A stretch of 47,715 nucleotides of DNA from an uncultured Candidatus Saccharibacteria bacterium. GTDB taxonomy: Bacteria; Patescibacteriota; Minisyncoccia; Phycocordibacterales; UBA2100. The notes below the pieces were generated by a model. It searched no databases. It was not told the DNA's origin and was given only the letters and a program-made list of their open reading frames with translations. The DNA lies in contig CAYGMC010000003.1 in the NCBI GenBank assembly GCA_964351105.1, forward strand, positions 1 through 47,715. Reading direction: 5' to 3'. This document shows positions 1 to 9,700 of this stretch, one piece after another. Each line of letters begins with the position of its first letter. Position 1 is the stretch's first letter. The position numbers and the translations under genes were made by a program.

Positions 1-52
1 TTCATCGCCTTCTTCAGTCAAGGCATCCACCACACGCCCTTACTCAGAACTC
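1..52 (-). rRNA. rrl: 23S rRNA gene, extreme 5' end only (gene continues off the left edge)
   Basis: Reverse complement of 1-50 reads GTTCTGAGTAAGGGCGTGTGGTGGATGCCTTGACTGAAGAAGGCGATGAA. This matches the universally conserved 23S 5' region (E. coli ...AAGCGTACACGGTGGATGCCCTGGCAGTCAGAGGCGATGAAGG...). The exact 5' end (about 50-55) is a guess. Confidence 0.7.
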
Positions 53-367
53 CCGTCAGGAATTCTGAGAACCGCGTATTTCAATTCGTATCCACGCACC
101 GCTGCGTTTCCACGAATTATGCGCACGTTCCCTACAAGAGGAAAGCGCGACTTTGTTTTCTTTCTTTGCCCACCATAGCTTTACGCGACGGTGGGTGTGC
201 CGCACCTTTCGGTACAGCATTCCTGCATCTCATTTGGGAAAGACCCTCTCTGATTGCTCAGAGAAGAACCCATTTGAGACGTTTGATTCTTTTTATTGTC
301 GCTCTTCAATTGTCAACGAGCAACCCTCCTTCGCATAAAGCTCCGGACGGATAAGCACATGGGCAAG

Positions 368-390
368 AAAAAAGCCGCTTGTAAGCGGCC
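368..390 (-). terminator. Rho-independent terminator after the nucleotidyltransferase gene
   Basis: On the minus strand: GCCGC-TTACAA-GCGGC followed by TTTTTT. It lies about 100 nt downstream of the stop at 494. Confidence 0.6.
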
Positions 391-493
391 TCGGACGAGA
401 ACAGAGTCTCGCTACCGTGGTCGCTTTTTTAGGTTTTTTCCGAACACCATATGTAGCGGGGAGTATATGCGAGGCTCTGTACCCTGTCAAATT

Positions 494-1219
494 TCACTTC
501 TTGGCCTCAAACGGGGATATTCTGTGGACATCTGGAATCGTGTTTTTAGCAAGAATTTCCTCGACTTTTTTGATGTCTTCTGGTGTAGTTATTTCGTACC
601 AAGACGTCGCCTCAACGAGGTGCAGGGGAATATCCGCTTTGACTAGAGTTTGCGGTAGGCCAAATTCTTCACTGCCGGGACTTTTTGGTACCATCGGGTA
701 GTCGAAAACACGGGTATCGAGGCAGTAGAGACCTGTGTTGAGAAAGCCGGGGCTCTTGTCATAATCTCCCATTTCAAGAACATTCGTAACCTTCTTTGAC
801 ATGTCGAGGACAAGTTTTGCCGCTTGCCCAAGATCGTCGACCGCAAGCCCCACGACCGACCACGGAATACACGCCGCCTTTACCACGTCTTCTCGTGCAT
901 AGATGTTGTCTGCGTGCATTACCAAAAAAGAATTTTTAAGAAAAGGCTTCGCGAGCCATAGTGCTCCCGCAGTTCCATTCAAATGGTGCTGCTCAACGTA
1001 CAATAAGCGCTTGCCGTGGTATTGAGAACCAAAACGCTCTCTAATCATATTACCTCGGTACCCCACGCTAATGATTACTTCATCGACATCGTCCGGGAGA
1101 GCATCAAGTGCATATTGCAGAAGTGACCGACCAGCGACCTCAAGCAAGGGTTTGGGTGTGTGCTCGGTCAGCTCTTTCATTCGAATGCCACGCCCTGCCG
1201 AAAGAATTACTGCTTGCAT
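494..1219 (-). CDS. Sugar-phosphate nucleotidyltransferase (NTP_transferase fold)
   Basis: N-terminal MQAVILSAGRGIRMKELTEHTPKPLLEV is the G-x-G-t-R-l/PKPL signature of glucose-1-P thymidylyl/uridylyl-type transferases. The ORF-track start at 1252 is a TTG; the ATG at 1219 puts the signature at the N-terminus. Confidence 0.8.
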   Translation of the reverse strand: MQAVILSAGRGIRMKELTEHTPKPLLEVAGRSLLQYALDALPDDVDEVIISVGYRGNMIRERFGSQYHGKRLLYVEQHHLNGTAGALWLAKPFLKNSFLVMHADNIYAREDVVKAACIPWSVVGLAVDDLGQAAKLVLDMSKKVTNVLEMGDYDKSPGFLNTGLYCLDTRVFDYPMVPKSPGSEEFGLPQTLVKADIPLHLVEATSWYEITTPEDIKKVEEILAKNTIPDVHRISPFEAKK

Positions 1220-1285
1220 GCGAGCATTGTACCAAAACGAAACGACCGCCAAACACTGGCGGTCGTTTCAAAATACTAAAGACAG

Positions 1286-1975
1286 CTAGTTCTGGTGATG
1301 AGCGATTTCTGACCGAACACGATCGATGGTACGTGTGGCCGCTTCTTTACCACCCAAACCAAACGCGAGACCGAAAGATATGGCCGCCGCAATGACGATT
1401 CCCTGAAAGAGTGTCTGGATGAGGTCGGTGCCAATCCCCAACTGTGAGAGCGCCGCGAGTATGGAGAACACCATAATCGACCACTTTGCAATGGCTCCTG
1501 CAAGATTTGCGCCATGGGCTCCCACTGCACGTGCCGAGTGCACGACAACACCGCGCACAACTTCTGCAGAGATTGCTCCGATAATAATCATCAATGCCGC
1601 AACAATCACACGAGGGAGGTAGAGCAGGATGATCTGTTGGAGGAATACGGTAACATTGCCAAGACCGAGAATGTCGAGAGAGGCAATGAGAAACACGAGG
1701 ATTACGAACCATTCAACGAGCAATCCGAGGAATTTGCCCACATCGAGGGTAAAACCAGCCCGCTGAGCCATTTCATTGAGGCCGGTTACTTTGAGGGCCT
1801 CGTTGACACGAAGCGCCTTCACCACCTCAACGATCACATGATACAGAGCGATACCAATCACCCACCCAATTACAAACCAAATAACGGCCGCGAGCATGGC
1901 CGGAAGAAACGTGCCGACAGTTTGCCAAAGGCCCCAGAACGAGCCCTGCACAACGCCTGCTTGTGTAACAATCAT
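1286..1975 (-). CDS. Integral membrane protein (conserved TM-helix repeat / MscS-N-terminal-like)
   Basis: 229-aa ORF with 5-6 hydrophobic helices and repeated G/A/I-rich helix motifs. No enzymatic motif recognised. Confidence 0.55.
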   Translation of the reverse strand: MIVTQAGVVQGSFWGLWQTVGTFLPAMLAAVIWFVIGWVIGIALYHVIVEVVKALRVNEALKVTGLNEMAQRAGFTLDVGKFLGLLVEWFVILVFLIASLDILGLGNVTVFLQQIILLYLPRVIVAALMIIIGAISAEVVRGVVVHSARAVGAHGANLAGAIAKWSIMVFSILAALSQLGIGTDLIQTLFQGIVIAAAISFGLAFGLGGKEAATRTIDRVRSEIAHHQN

Positions 1976-2086
1976 AAATAAAATCTATGAATAAAAATTA
2001 ATAAAGGTTGCCGACCCTTGTATACCAGCATCATAACCCGTTATTTCAACTGAAAAGACATTTTCCAACAAAAACTGTGGATAGGC

Positions 2087-2710
2087 TTAAAGCAGGTGCG
2101 TGCGATCAAGAAGTACGAGGTGGGGATAGTCGAGCGTATCGCGAATAAGGCGATCTTGAATTGTGAGCCTGTAATGGAACTCTGGTGTTGAGAACGCTGC
2201 ATAGCGAATTTCTCGCCCAAAGAGTGGCTCCAATTCCCGAATTGCTTTATCAAGCTTCCGTTCGTTAACGGTATCAGCGGCGAGGATGAGATCAGCGGGA
2301 CGAGACGGGTCACCCATAAATGAACCCGAAAGTATTACCGTTGCCAATTTGCCCCCTCGTTTGAGGGCCTGCATGACAATATCGTGCTGCACAGGCGATA
2401 CTTCGTGAACAAAAGCGGAAAGTGCTCGAGCGTAGGTAAAATCTGGATTGAAGATCCACGCCGGAACTTTCTGCTTTCCTGCAGTGATTTTGCGGGCGGG
2501 ATCGGCCCCCAGCATAATCGACAGGCTTTCTCGCTTGATTATTTGGTTCTGCTCTAGAAACTTGAAGGGTGCCGCGGCGGCACGCAAAGAAAGGCCAGCT
2601 CGCTTGGCGGCGTCGGCTATGGTAAGCGCCCGAGCCTCACTAAAAACAAACACGCGCAAAAGTCTTGCCCGTCCGGAATCTCCCATGAATTGCGCCAAAA
2701 AATCAATCAC
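2087..2710 (-). CDS. Hypothetical protein with N-terminal winged-HTH-like region
   Basis: 207-aa ORF. The N-terminus GRARLLRVFVFSEARALTIADAAKRAGLSLRAAAAPFKFLEQNQII looks like a wHTH. The track start is GTG; an alternative ATG is at 2686. Confidence 0.5.
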   Translation of the reverse strand: MIDFLAQFMGDSGRARLLRVFVFSEARALTIADAAKRAGLSLRAAAAPFKFLEQNQIIKRESLSIMLGADPARKITAGKQKVPAWIFNPDFTYARALSAFVHEVSPVQHDIVMQALKRGGKLATVILSGSFMGDPSRPADLILAADTVNERKLDKAIRELEPLFGREIRYAAFSTPEFHYRLTIQDRLIRDTLDYPHLVLLDRTHLL

Positions 2711-2768
2711 AGGGGCGATTCTATCACAGATGCCGTTTGACGGCGTAGGTCAAAAAAGAGATACGCGC

Positions 2769-2796
2769 AAAAACGGCTCCAATTGGAGCCGTTTTT
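2769..2796. terminator. Bidirectional rho-independent terminator
   Basis: Perfect hairpin AAAAACGGCTCC-AATT-GGAGCCGTTTTT with an A-run and a T-run. It ends the rplJ-rplL transcription unit on the minus strand. Confidence 0.7.
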
Positions 2797-2812
2797 GCTA
2801 TCCTGGCCACAT

Positions 2813-2830
2813 TTACTTAAGCGTAACTTT
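2813..2830 (-). repeat. Relic copy 1 of the rplL 3' end (AAAGTTACGCTTAAGTAA = KVTLK*)
   Basis: The 18-nt sequence is identical to part of relic copy 2 and encodes the last 5 residues plus stop of L7/L12. Confidence 0.6.
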
Positions 2831-2902
2831 GTCACACATCATTTCCTGTTGGAAATGTGCGCGACCCCGCCTCGCTCGCCTTCGCGAGCTCCGGCCGAAA
2901 AG

Positions 2903-2926
2903 TTACTTAAGCGTAACTTTTCCACC
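2903..2926 (-). repeat. Relic copy 2 of the rplL 3' end (GGTGGAAAAGTTACGCTTAAGTAA = GGKVTLK*)
   Basis: It encodes exactly the last 7 residues plus stop of the real rplL (GGTGGTAAGGTAACGTTGAAATAA at 3005-3028). All 6 nucleotide differences are synonymous. Confidence 0.65.
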
Positions 2927-3004
2927 TTGGCCGCACACTGGTGTGTGCGGCACCTTGCGCGATTTTGCGTTTCTACGGCATCATCGGAGAATTTGGTAGT
3001 TGGA

Positions 3005-3364
3005 TTATTTCAACGTTACCTTACCACCGGCAGTCTCGATCTTTTTCTTCCACTCTTCTGCCTGCTCTTTCTTGACTGCCTGTTTGAGCATAGCGGGAGC
3101 GCTCTCGACAAGCGTCTTAGCTTCCGCAAGTCCGAGTGCGAGCACCTCTTTGACCACCTTGATAACAGCGATCTTCTGTTCACCCATCGCGGTGAGTTCA
3201 ACGTCAAATTCACTCTTCTCCTCAGCCGCAGGGCCAGCTACCGGACCTGCTACTGCTACCGCCGCCGCCGAAACTCCCCACTTCTCTTCGATTGTCTTGA
3301 CGAGCGTGTTGAGTTCGAGCACCGTCATCTTCTCTACTGCTTCGATAATTTGTTCTTGATTCAT
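3005..3364 (-). CDS. rplL: 50S ribosomal protein L7/L12
   Basis: [31 protein letters not shown]...A/P/G hinge...[24 protein letters not shown]...GGKVTLK is a textbook bL12. The track start at 3370 is GTG; the ATG at 3364 is preferred. Confidence 0.95.
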   Translation of the reverse strand: MNQEQIIEAVEKMTVLELNTLVKTIEEKWGVSAAAVAVAGPVAGPAAEEKSEFDVELTAMGEQKIAVIKVVKEVLALGLAEAKTLVESAPAMLKQAVKKEQAEEWKKKIETAGGKVTLK

Positions 3365-3384
3365 ATACACGTATTGATTAACTA

Positions 3385-3900
3385 TTATTTTGTCTCCGCG
3401 ACCTTGCTCAAAACTACCGCAAAACGTTGACGCGGTGAATTGAGAAGTTGCGCAAACATGCCGCGCAAAGCCTGCATGCTTGGTATCGTTGCGATCTCTC
3501 GCATCATGACTGCGTCGACTATTTTACCCTCGAAAATACCACCGAGAATTGAGATCTTCTCTGGGCCAAATTCTTTACTAAACGCGTGAATGCGTTGCGC
3601 AGGTGCCGTTGTGTCCGCCTGCGGTGAGCCGGTCGAATCCGTGCTTGTCTTTGTGTAGCACACAGCAACTTCACCGGGAAGATCAGTGTCGTTCGTATGT
3701 CCCAGACCCTGGAGCGCCCTCCGGATCAAGCTCTTTTTTGCTACCGTGTAGCCGATACCTTCATTGCGGAGTTTCCGACGCATGTTCGATTCCTGCGCCA
3801 CGGTGATTCCCGTGAAGCCCACAAAGACACTCGTTTGTCCTTTGAGAGCACTCTCAATTTTGCTCACGACCTCCTCTTTTTGTTTTCTGGTTTTTGCCAT
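3385..3900 (-). CDS. rplJ: 50S ribosomal protein L10
   Basis: 171 aa, located immediately upstream of rplL. The N-terminal [43 protein letters not shown] pattern is typical of uL10. Confidence 0.9.
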   Translation of the reverse strand: MAKTRKQKEEVVSKIESALKGQTSVFVGFTGITVAQESNMRRKLRNEGIGYTVAKKSLIRRALQGLGHTNDTDLPGEVAVCYTKTSTDSTGSPQADTTAPAQRIHAFSKEFGPEKISILGGIFEGKIVDAVMMREIATIPSMQALRGMFAQLLNSPRQRFAVVLSKVAETK

Positions 3901-4272
3901 ATCGACAAAGTGTAAACTACTAACAAGGCTCCGAAGAGTTTTCGACCTCGGCAGGCGCGCTCTTAAAACGCATTACCACCTTTTTAGGTGACCCACTGTC
4001 TCTAGCCTTATGAGTGCCACTATACTCTCGTATCGATACTCGTGCAAATGTGCAACATTCAGTGTCGCACATTTGGTTAGTGGGCAAGCCAAAGGGCACG
4101 TACCGCAGCTGCGGTCTGTGCCTTTTCTTGCGCAACAGTGTATGTATTGACTGCATACGTAATGCCGAAGGAAAGGGATATAAAAACCAAAAATCCAGTA
4201 AGAAACTTAAAAAACGAATTGGTTGGAGATTGCGGCATGGCATCATTTTACAACAGTATTGACATGTATGCA

Positions 4273-4298
4273 CACGAGCCGGCGTATGCCGGCTCGTG
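4273..4298. other. Strong GC hairpin downstream of the 4318 gene (possible terminator)
   Basis: CACGAGCCGGC-GTAT-GCCGGCTCGTG, an 11-bp stem. On the minus-strand RNA the U-run precedes rather than follows the stem, so it is not a canonical intrinsic terminator. Confidence 0.35.
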
Positions 4299-4317
4299 AA
4301 AAAACCTTATCCTATCC

Positions 4318-5151
4318 TCACTGATGTGCGGCAATATAGGCACGTGTTTTGGCACCAAGATACCCCGCTGCTGGCGTGATACCTGCAGCTTTCTGAAGTT
4401 TGATTAGAGCCGACCTCGTTGCTCCACCAAATCTTGTCGTCTCATTGCCCAAAGAGCCGGGACCCGATGACGAAACTAGGAAGCCGTGTGTGTTGAGATA
4501 CACTTGGAGAGATTTCACGTCATCTCCCGTTGATCCCATTTGCATATCACGTTTAAAAGGCGTACTGCCACCCAACGAAACACCGCCCTGGAGCGTCGCG
4601 ATTTGCGCAAGCAGGCCAGCTAATTGAGCCTGTAGGGACTCCAAGAGACTTGTGCCTGTAGTTGTTGGGACTGGCGCTGTTTGAGCTACTGTATTTACCG
4701 CTGGCGCTACATAACCACCGCCCCCTCCACCACCTCCCGTTGCTCCCGCAATTACTTCTCCACTGCCTCCGGTGCTCGTCCTCGAACTACAGAGCGTCGA
4801 AGATGGCGTTACTGTAACTGTGGTCGTTGCGGCGTTTGCATCGGCGGCAAGGGTGAAGTAGGAATCGGTATCATTGCATCGTGTGTCTGTCACAAACCCC
4901 GTACCGCTCGTAATCGCCATTTGATTCCGTCCAGTCGCGATGACATGCGCCGTAGAACCGGGCGCAAGCGTAATATCGAACGATGACGCACCCACCGCAC
5001 TAGACACGATTGTCCCCGCACTTACTGCCATAGAAATACCATTTACACTGAGCGTGGCGGCGCTGACGGTTACATCATTGTATGCGGCGGCGAAAACGAG
5101 CGCGGGAGAAAGAAACGCCGCGAGCATACCACCAAATAGAAACTTCTTCAT
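4318..5151 (-). CDS. Secreted protein with C-terminal peptidoglycan-binding (PG_binding_1-like) domain
   Basis: Signal peptide MKKFLFGGMLAAFLSPALVFAAA (ATG at 5151; the track start at 5232 is TTG). This is followed by a Thr/Ala-rich beta region, a poly-Gly linker and the heptad-like LLESLQAQLAGLLAQIATLQGG. The C-terminus is GSTGDDVKSLQVYLNTHGF...FGGATRSALIKLQKAAGI, the PG-binding motif. Confidence 0.75.
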   Translation of the reverse strand: MKKFLFGGMLAAFLSPALVFAAAYNDVTVSAATLSVNGISMAVSAGTIVSSAVGASSFDITLAPGSTAHVIATGRNQMAITSGTGFVTDTRCNDTDSYFTLAADANAATTTVTVTPSSTLCSSRTSTGGSGEVIAGATGGGGGGGGYVAPAVNTVAQTAPVPTTTGTSLLESLQAQLAGLLAQIATLQGGVSLGGSTPFKRDMQMGSTGDDVKSLQVYLNTHGFLVSSSGPGSLGNETTRFGGATRSALIKLQKAAGITPAAGYLGAKTRAYIAAHQ

Positions 5152-5254
5152 AGCATTTTTTATAAGCTGATAATGTGTACCTGACTTGCCTCGCTGGTAG
5201 TGTGACTTTTCACGCCACACTACCCAGTTCAAGTTAAGCTAGGACAAGAAGTTA

Positions 5255-5767
5255 CTAGATGGATGGACAGCTACCAAATGCCCAGACAACGAAGCCTCTA
5301 CCTGTCGTACTGGTGAACGTCGTCGTGGCGGTAACGTTTGGAGAACCCATAATGAGCTTGACGGGTGTTGCTGTCGACGTGGCATAGGTCTGAATACAAC
5401 CTACCGTAGCAGTTGAAGTTGCGTCATTCGCCGTTGTTAGAGTCAATACCGAAGATGCTCCATTCATGTTCACGTTCCCGCCAAACCACGCAGTACCAGA
5501 GTTTGTTATCTGGGTGGTGGAAGCGTGCGCAAGAGCCGCGTCTCCTGTAATACTCATCGTGCTGTACCCAATCAATGCGCCTCCCGCCTGCACGGTACTT
5601 GTGGCGTATACACTACCTGTCACTGTCACATCACCGCCAGTAACGATACTGGTGGAGATTGTCGTCGCCGCCGTTACTGCGCCAGTAACAGCAAGCACTC
5701 CCACGATTGTCGCAAGCACTATCGCAAGCCACTCTCTGTTTTTTATAAACTCTATTGCTCCTTTCAT
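5255..5767 (-). CDS. Hypothetical membrane-anchored/secreted Thr/Gly/Ser-rich protein
   Basis: 170 aa with an N-terminal TM/signal segment (WLAIVLATIVGVLAVTGAV), then a T/S/G/A-rich beta-like sequence. No recognisable family. Confidence 0.55.
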   Translation of the reverse strand: MKGAIEFIKNREWLAIVLATIVGVLAVTGAVTAATTISTSIVTGGDVTVTGSVYATSTVQAGGALIGYSTMSITGDAALAHASTTQITNSGTAWFGGNVNMNGASSVLTLTTANDATSTATVGCIQTYATSTATPVKLIMGSPNVTATTTFTSTTGRGFVVWAFGSCPSI

Positions 5768-5807
5768 AATATTATTATTCTACTAAATTAATAAATCCAA
5801 AATTATC

Positions 5808-5823
5808 TCCCGCCGAGACGGGA
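5808..5823 (-). terminator. Weak candidate terminator after the TPR gene
   Basis: Minus strand: UCCCG-UCUCGG-CGGGA followed by GAUAAUUUUGG. The stem is short (5 bp). Confidence 0.35.
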
Positions 5824-5864
5824 CCAACATCGATATTGTACAACCGCAGATGTAACTAATTGAA

Positions 5865-6602
5865 TTAATTCTGTTCACTCTGGGGATAACTCGAGGCGCG
5901 GTCGTCGAGTAGTGTCTGGAGTTCTACCGCATTGGGGTTGGCCGCAATCGCCTTTTTGAGGATATCTTCTGCGGCTGTGGTATTTTGCTTATACAGTCCA
6001 GAATACAGTGCAAAAAGCATGCGATATGCATTGACATCGTCGGGTTTATTTGCAATTTGCTTGAGATAATTTGCCTCCGCCGCAGGATAATCGTGTGTAA
6101 AATTCATATATAAATCACCGAGATTATTGAATGATGTAGCATTATCGGGCCACCTCTTTGAGACAAATTCCCAGATTATGCGCGCACGATTCGTGTCTCC
6201 TGCCTGTAAATGCAAGTTCCCGAGCTCTATCCATGAATAAAAATCGTTCGTGTCCTTCGTGATGTCCCCTTGCTTGATTGCAAGACGTTTATTGAGAGTT
6301 GCACGCTGTTCTGCGCTCACTGATGTAGCAAACGTCAACGATACCATGTGATCTGGGGGGGCGATTTTGGCGGAAGATTGATTCTCTAGGGGGATGACGC
6401 TCACGGTATAATCACCCGTACCTTCTGCAGAAATTAATCCTGCACTCGACGTGGCGGTGGTAGTGGTCGACGTAGAAATCTCTGACATCTCACTATCTTG
6501 GGGAGTATCCAAACCTTTCCTCATAGACACGAGAGCGCCGATAACGATGATCGCACAGAGGACTACCCCTACTACTCGATACATGTTTTTTTTATCGTTC
6601 AT
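5865..6602 (-). CDS. Membrane-anchored TPR-repeat protein
   Basis: N-terminal TM (VVGVVLCAIIVIGALV). The C-terminal half has TPR-like repeats (WIELGNLHLQAGDTNRARIIWEFVSKRWPDNATSFNNLGDLYMNF...AEANYLKQIANKPDDVNAYRML). Confidence 0.7.
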   Translation of the reverse strand: MNDKKNMYRVVGVVLCAIIVIGALVSMRKGLDTPQDSEMSEISTSTTTTATSSAGLISAEGTGDYTVSVIPLENQSSAKIAPPDHMVSLTFATSVSAEQRATLNKRLAIKQGDITKDTNDFYSWIELGNLHLQAGDTNRARIIWEFVSKRWPDNATSFNNLGDLYMNFTHDYPAAEANYLKQIANKPDDVNAYRMLFALYSGLYKQNTTAAEDILKKAIAANPNAVELQTLLDDRASSYPQSEQN

Positions 6603-6633
6603 GGGTCAATCATACCCGAAAAATTGAGAACAC

Positions 6634-6661
6634 AAAAACCCCCTCTTTCGAGGGGGTTTTT
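6634..6661. terminator. Bidirectional rho-independent terminator
   Basis: Perfect hairpin AAAAACCCCCTC-TTTC-GAGGGGGTTTTT between the giant surface-protein gene and the TPR gene. Confidence 0.75.
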
Positions 6662-6710
6662 GTTGCTTACGTTGTCGCCGTAAACGAAACGCACAAGGTC
6701 AAGCGAGAGA

Positions 6711-9700
6711 CTACTCAGAGATAGTCTGCGAGATACCGGAGGCTGGAAGGCCGTCGATACCATAACCGCTTGTCCAGTCGTTCGAGCCGTAGGCCGGCTG
6801 AGTTGTTGTCGAGTTCGGAGACCATACGAAGTTCTTCGCAACGTCCAAGCTGCTTGTTGCAGCGAGCGTGGAAAATGCGGTATCACCAAGTAATCTGGTC
6901 GTAACCGAATCGGTTTGAGTCGAACTCATGCCAGTCATCGTACCCTTCAATTCGAAGTAGTACGTCTCACCTCCTGGGATCAAGACTGATCCGTTCGTCG
7001 CATTGCTTGCAACGAACTTCAGGTTGCTCGCAGTACTCGTGCCGCTGATCGTAGCGGCATTAAACAAGCCGCTTGGAGCGTCGGTCGGATACGTTGAGAA
7101 CCCTGAATCCCTGTAGACATACAGAGTCATTGCGGTGTAGTTGAGATCCTGCGTCGAAGTTGCGAATTGGAACGTCAACTGCTGGATGCTGATAGGATCA
7201 GCCGCCGCCTTGATCGAGAAGCGAAGCAAGCTTCCGTTCGAGATCGTTGGCGAGCTCTGCGTCTGGAGCTGAACACGTGCTGGGTACGATTTGAAGAGTC
7301 GTACACCCGCGACCGTGGTCAATCCAGATGAGTTGCCACCTCGTACTGTCTGACCAGAAAGAAGACCTGTTCCTTGAAGGTCTATGACGTCAACCTTTAC
7401 CAAGTCTCCTGGCGTACCCGTCGGGTTTGTGCCGACCTCTGCAAGGTTACCCTTGATGTAGAGTTCTGTGTCTACATCTTTGGCCAACGTTACGGTGCTA
7501 AACAACGTTGATGTTGCAGTCGTAGCACTCGCGAAACTAACATCACCGACCTTAGTGGTGAGGTCGCTTAGATAGATTCCGACCGAGTTGACGTTTTGAG
7601 CACCTGAAGCACCTGTGTAGGTACCGTTGCCCAAAGTGAGTCCTACGTGCGTAAGAGTAACTGGTTCGTTTGCCGGTCTGAACTTGACAGAGCCGAGAAT
7701 GACACCGTTTGCACCACCCGCAACGAGTGCGTAGGATGGCGAGTGAGTTCCCGTTCCTGAAGTAATCGTACCTGCAGACGCGATGGTCTGGCGGCCAGCC
7801 TGCGAAGAAACTATCGTCGCACTTGCCGATACACCCGAGGTCTCACCCGTAAATGTAAGGGTGTCGCCAGAGTAGGTCTTGAAGCGATACGAGTCGCCAG
7901 CAGTGGCTGAGCTGAGCGTACATTTAAGCACGAGCTTTACTGCCGTTGCCTTCGGAATCGTCAACGAATTGTTGAGTGAGAAGGTCTTGGTATACGTTGT
8001 TGCGGCTGTAGTTGTCGCGTCGTTCAAGCTGGTAAACGAGTTGACGATGTTGGAACCGTAGTTGAGTGTTTGGCCTGTCGAGTCAAAGAGCTGACAAGCC
8101 GACATGCTCGTTACAGTACCCCCTGCCGCTACATACGCTTGGTCGATGTGGAGCGGTATTGAGTTGATGCGGACATTCTCACCCGATGCGTTAGCATCAA
8201 GTTGAATCTCAGCAAAAACAATGTCCTGACCACTTGCAACTATCGTCTGCGCTGGTGGCGTAGGCAAGAGCGAAAGCGTGAGCGCGGCGCCCTTTACTGT
8301 CATCGTGTTCATGTTGAATGAACCCGCGCCAGAGAGGGAGACCGTGTTGCCCGTGTTTTGCCCCGTTACGTTCGCCCAGTAACTCGAGCTCGAAGGGTTG
8401 GTCGAAACGACATACGTTTGGCCGGTCGCTTCTCCCGAACCTACCGTACCTTTGATTGCGTACACTTTTCTTCCTGTTGGGAAGGTTACGGTGTTGCTAA
8501 AGGTGAGAACTTGCTTGCTCGTGCCTTGTGTCGCATTGACAGGACCGGCGACAACAGAGTCATCTGACTCGGCAGTCGTCCCTTTCGTGTCGAAGAGCGA
8601 GACGTTGGTCAAGAGACAGTTTGATGCACAAGCACTTGATGTCGTCGCGACATCAAAGACAAGTGTCTGTACTGATACCGGCTCACCGATAAAGTTGGTC
8701 GCGAAACCACCCAAAGATTGGTTGGGGACGCTGATCGCGATGTTGGTAGCCGCTACTTCCGACGCTTTTGAAATCGTCGTGAGCGTACCACCCTGGATCG
8801 AGACAGTCGAACCTTGGAACCATGGCTGATTCGTACCGAGCATAGCTGTGCCGTGCGTCGAAGCGGTACTAATAGTACCGGTTGTCGTTACGCTCGGAGT
8901 AATACCACGCATGTAGGTCTGACCGACAATGTAGAGATCCGCAACTTTGTCGATGTCGAACTCAGCGATACGTGAGGCAGAGTTGGTGCCCACGAGATCA
9001 CCTTGTACATAGACATCAGCTGAGAATCCTTTCAAAATCGTAAGACCGCCTGGAACCGTCGATGTGAGATAACGGCCATCGGTCGACAAGACTGTCGGAT
9101 ACGAAGTGCCGTTAATCACGGTAACGATATTGGCCATATCCGTAGGAGATACCGAGCCATTCAAGCGCCAACGGATGCTGAAGAATTTAATGTCTTCTGC
9201 AGATCCAGCTGTCAATCGAACACCCGAGAATCTTACCGCGGTGTCGCCGATGTTCTTCGTCTGCGCTGCATTCGGGTCAAAGGACGACAAAGCCGCCGTT
9301 GCTGTACCGATAGTAAGCGTAGAGTTCAGTGTGTGACTTGCGCCCACGATGGGAAGCGAGCCAGCTACTGGAACCGAAGTGTTGACACCGATGACGTTGA
9401 TCGAAGCAACTTGTCCCGCATAACTCGAGAGGGAAGCTGCTGTGTTGCCCGCGACAGTGAATGTCATGGACTGACCAGCACCGATAGTGAACGTGTCACC
9501 GATTGTCGCTTGGTGATTTGCATCGAATGTGCGGGAAACGCCGACCTGAAGACCATTAGAGTCTATAAGGACGACGCCCGAAAACGCTGCATCATTTGCG
9601 AAGCCAGTTCGTTGAACCGAGATTCCGTTTACCGTTACCGCCGCGCCAGAATTATTGGTGAGCGTAAACGTAGTAAAAGGAATTCGAGCGGCACCCTGCG

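Noticed and set aside
153-701. Several 60-116-aa ORFs on both strands (153-338, 166-354, 293-490, 296-646, 417-701).
   Set aside because: They lie in the 23S leader/terminator region or antisense to the nucleotidyltransferase gene. Their composition is odd (Cys/Arg/Phe-rich) and they have no SD or family resemblance.
3920-4273. A 117-aa minus-strand ORF upstream of rplJ.
   Set aside because: The sequence is Cys/Arg-rich and implausible. It overlaps the putative rplJ leader and the more protein-like, though still uncertain, 53-codon ORF in another frame.
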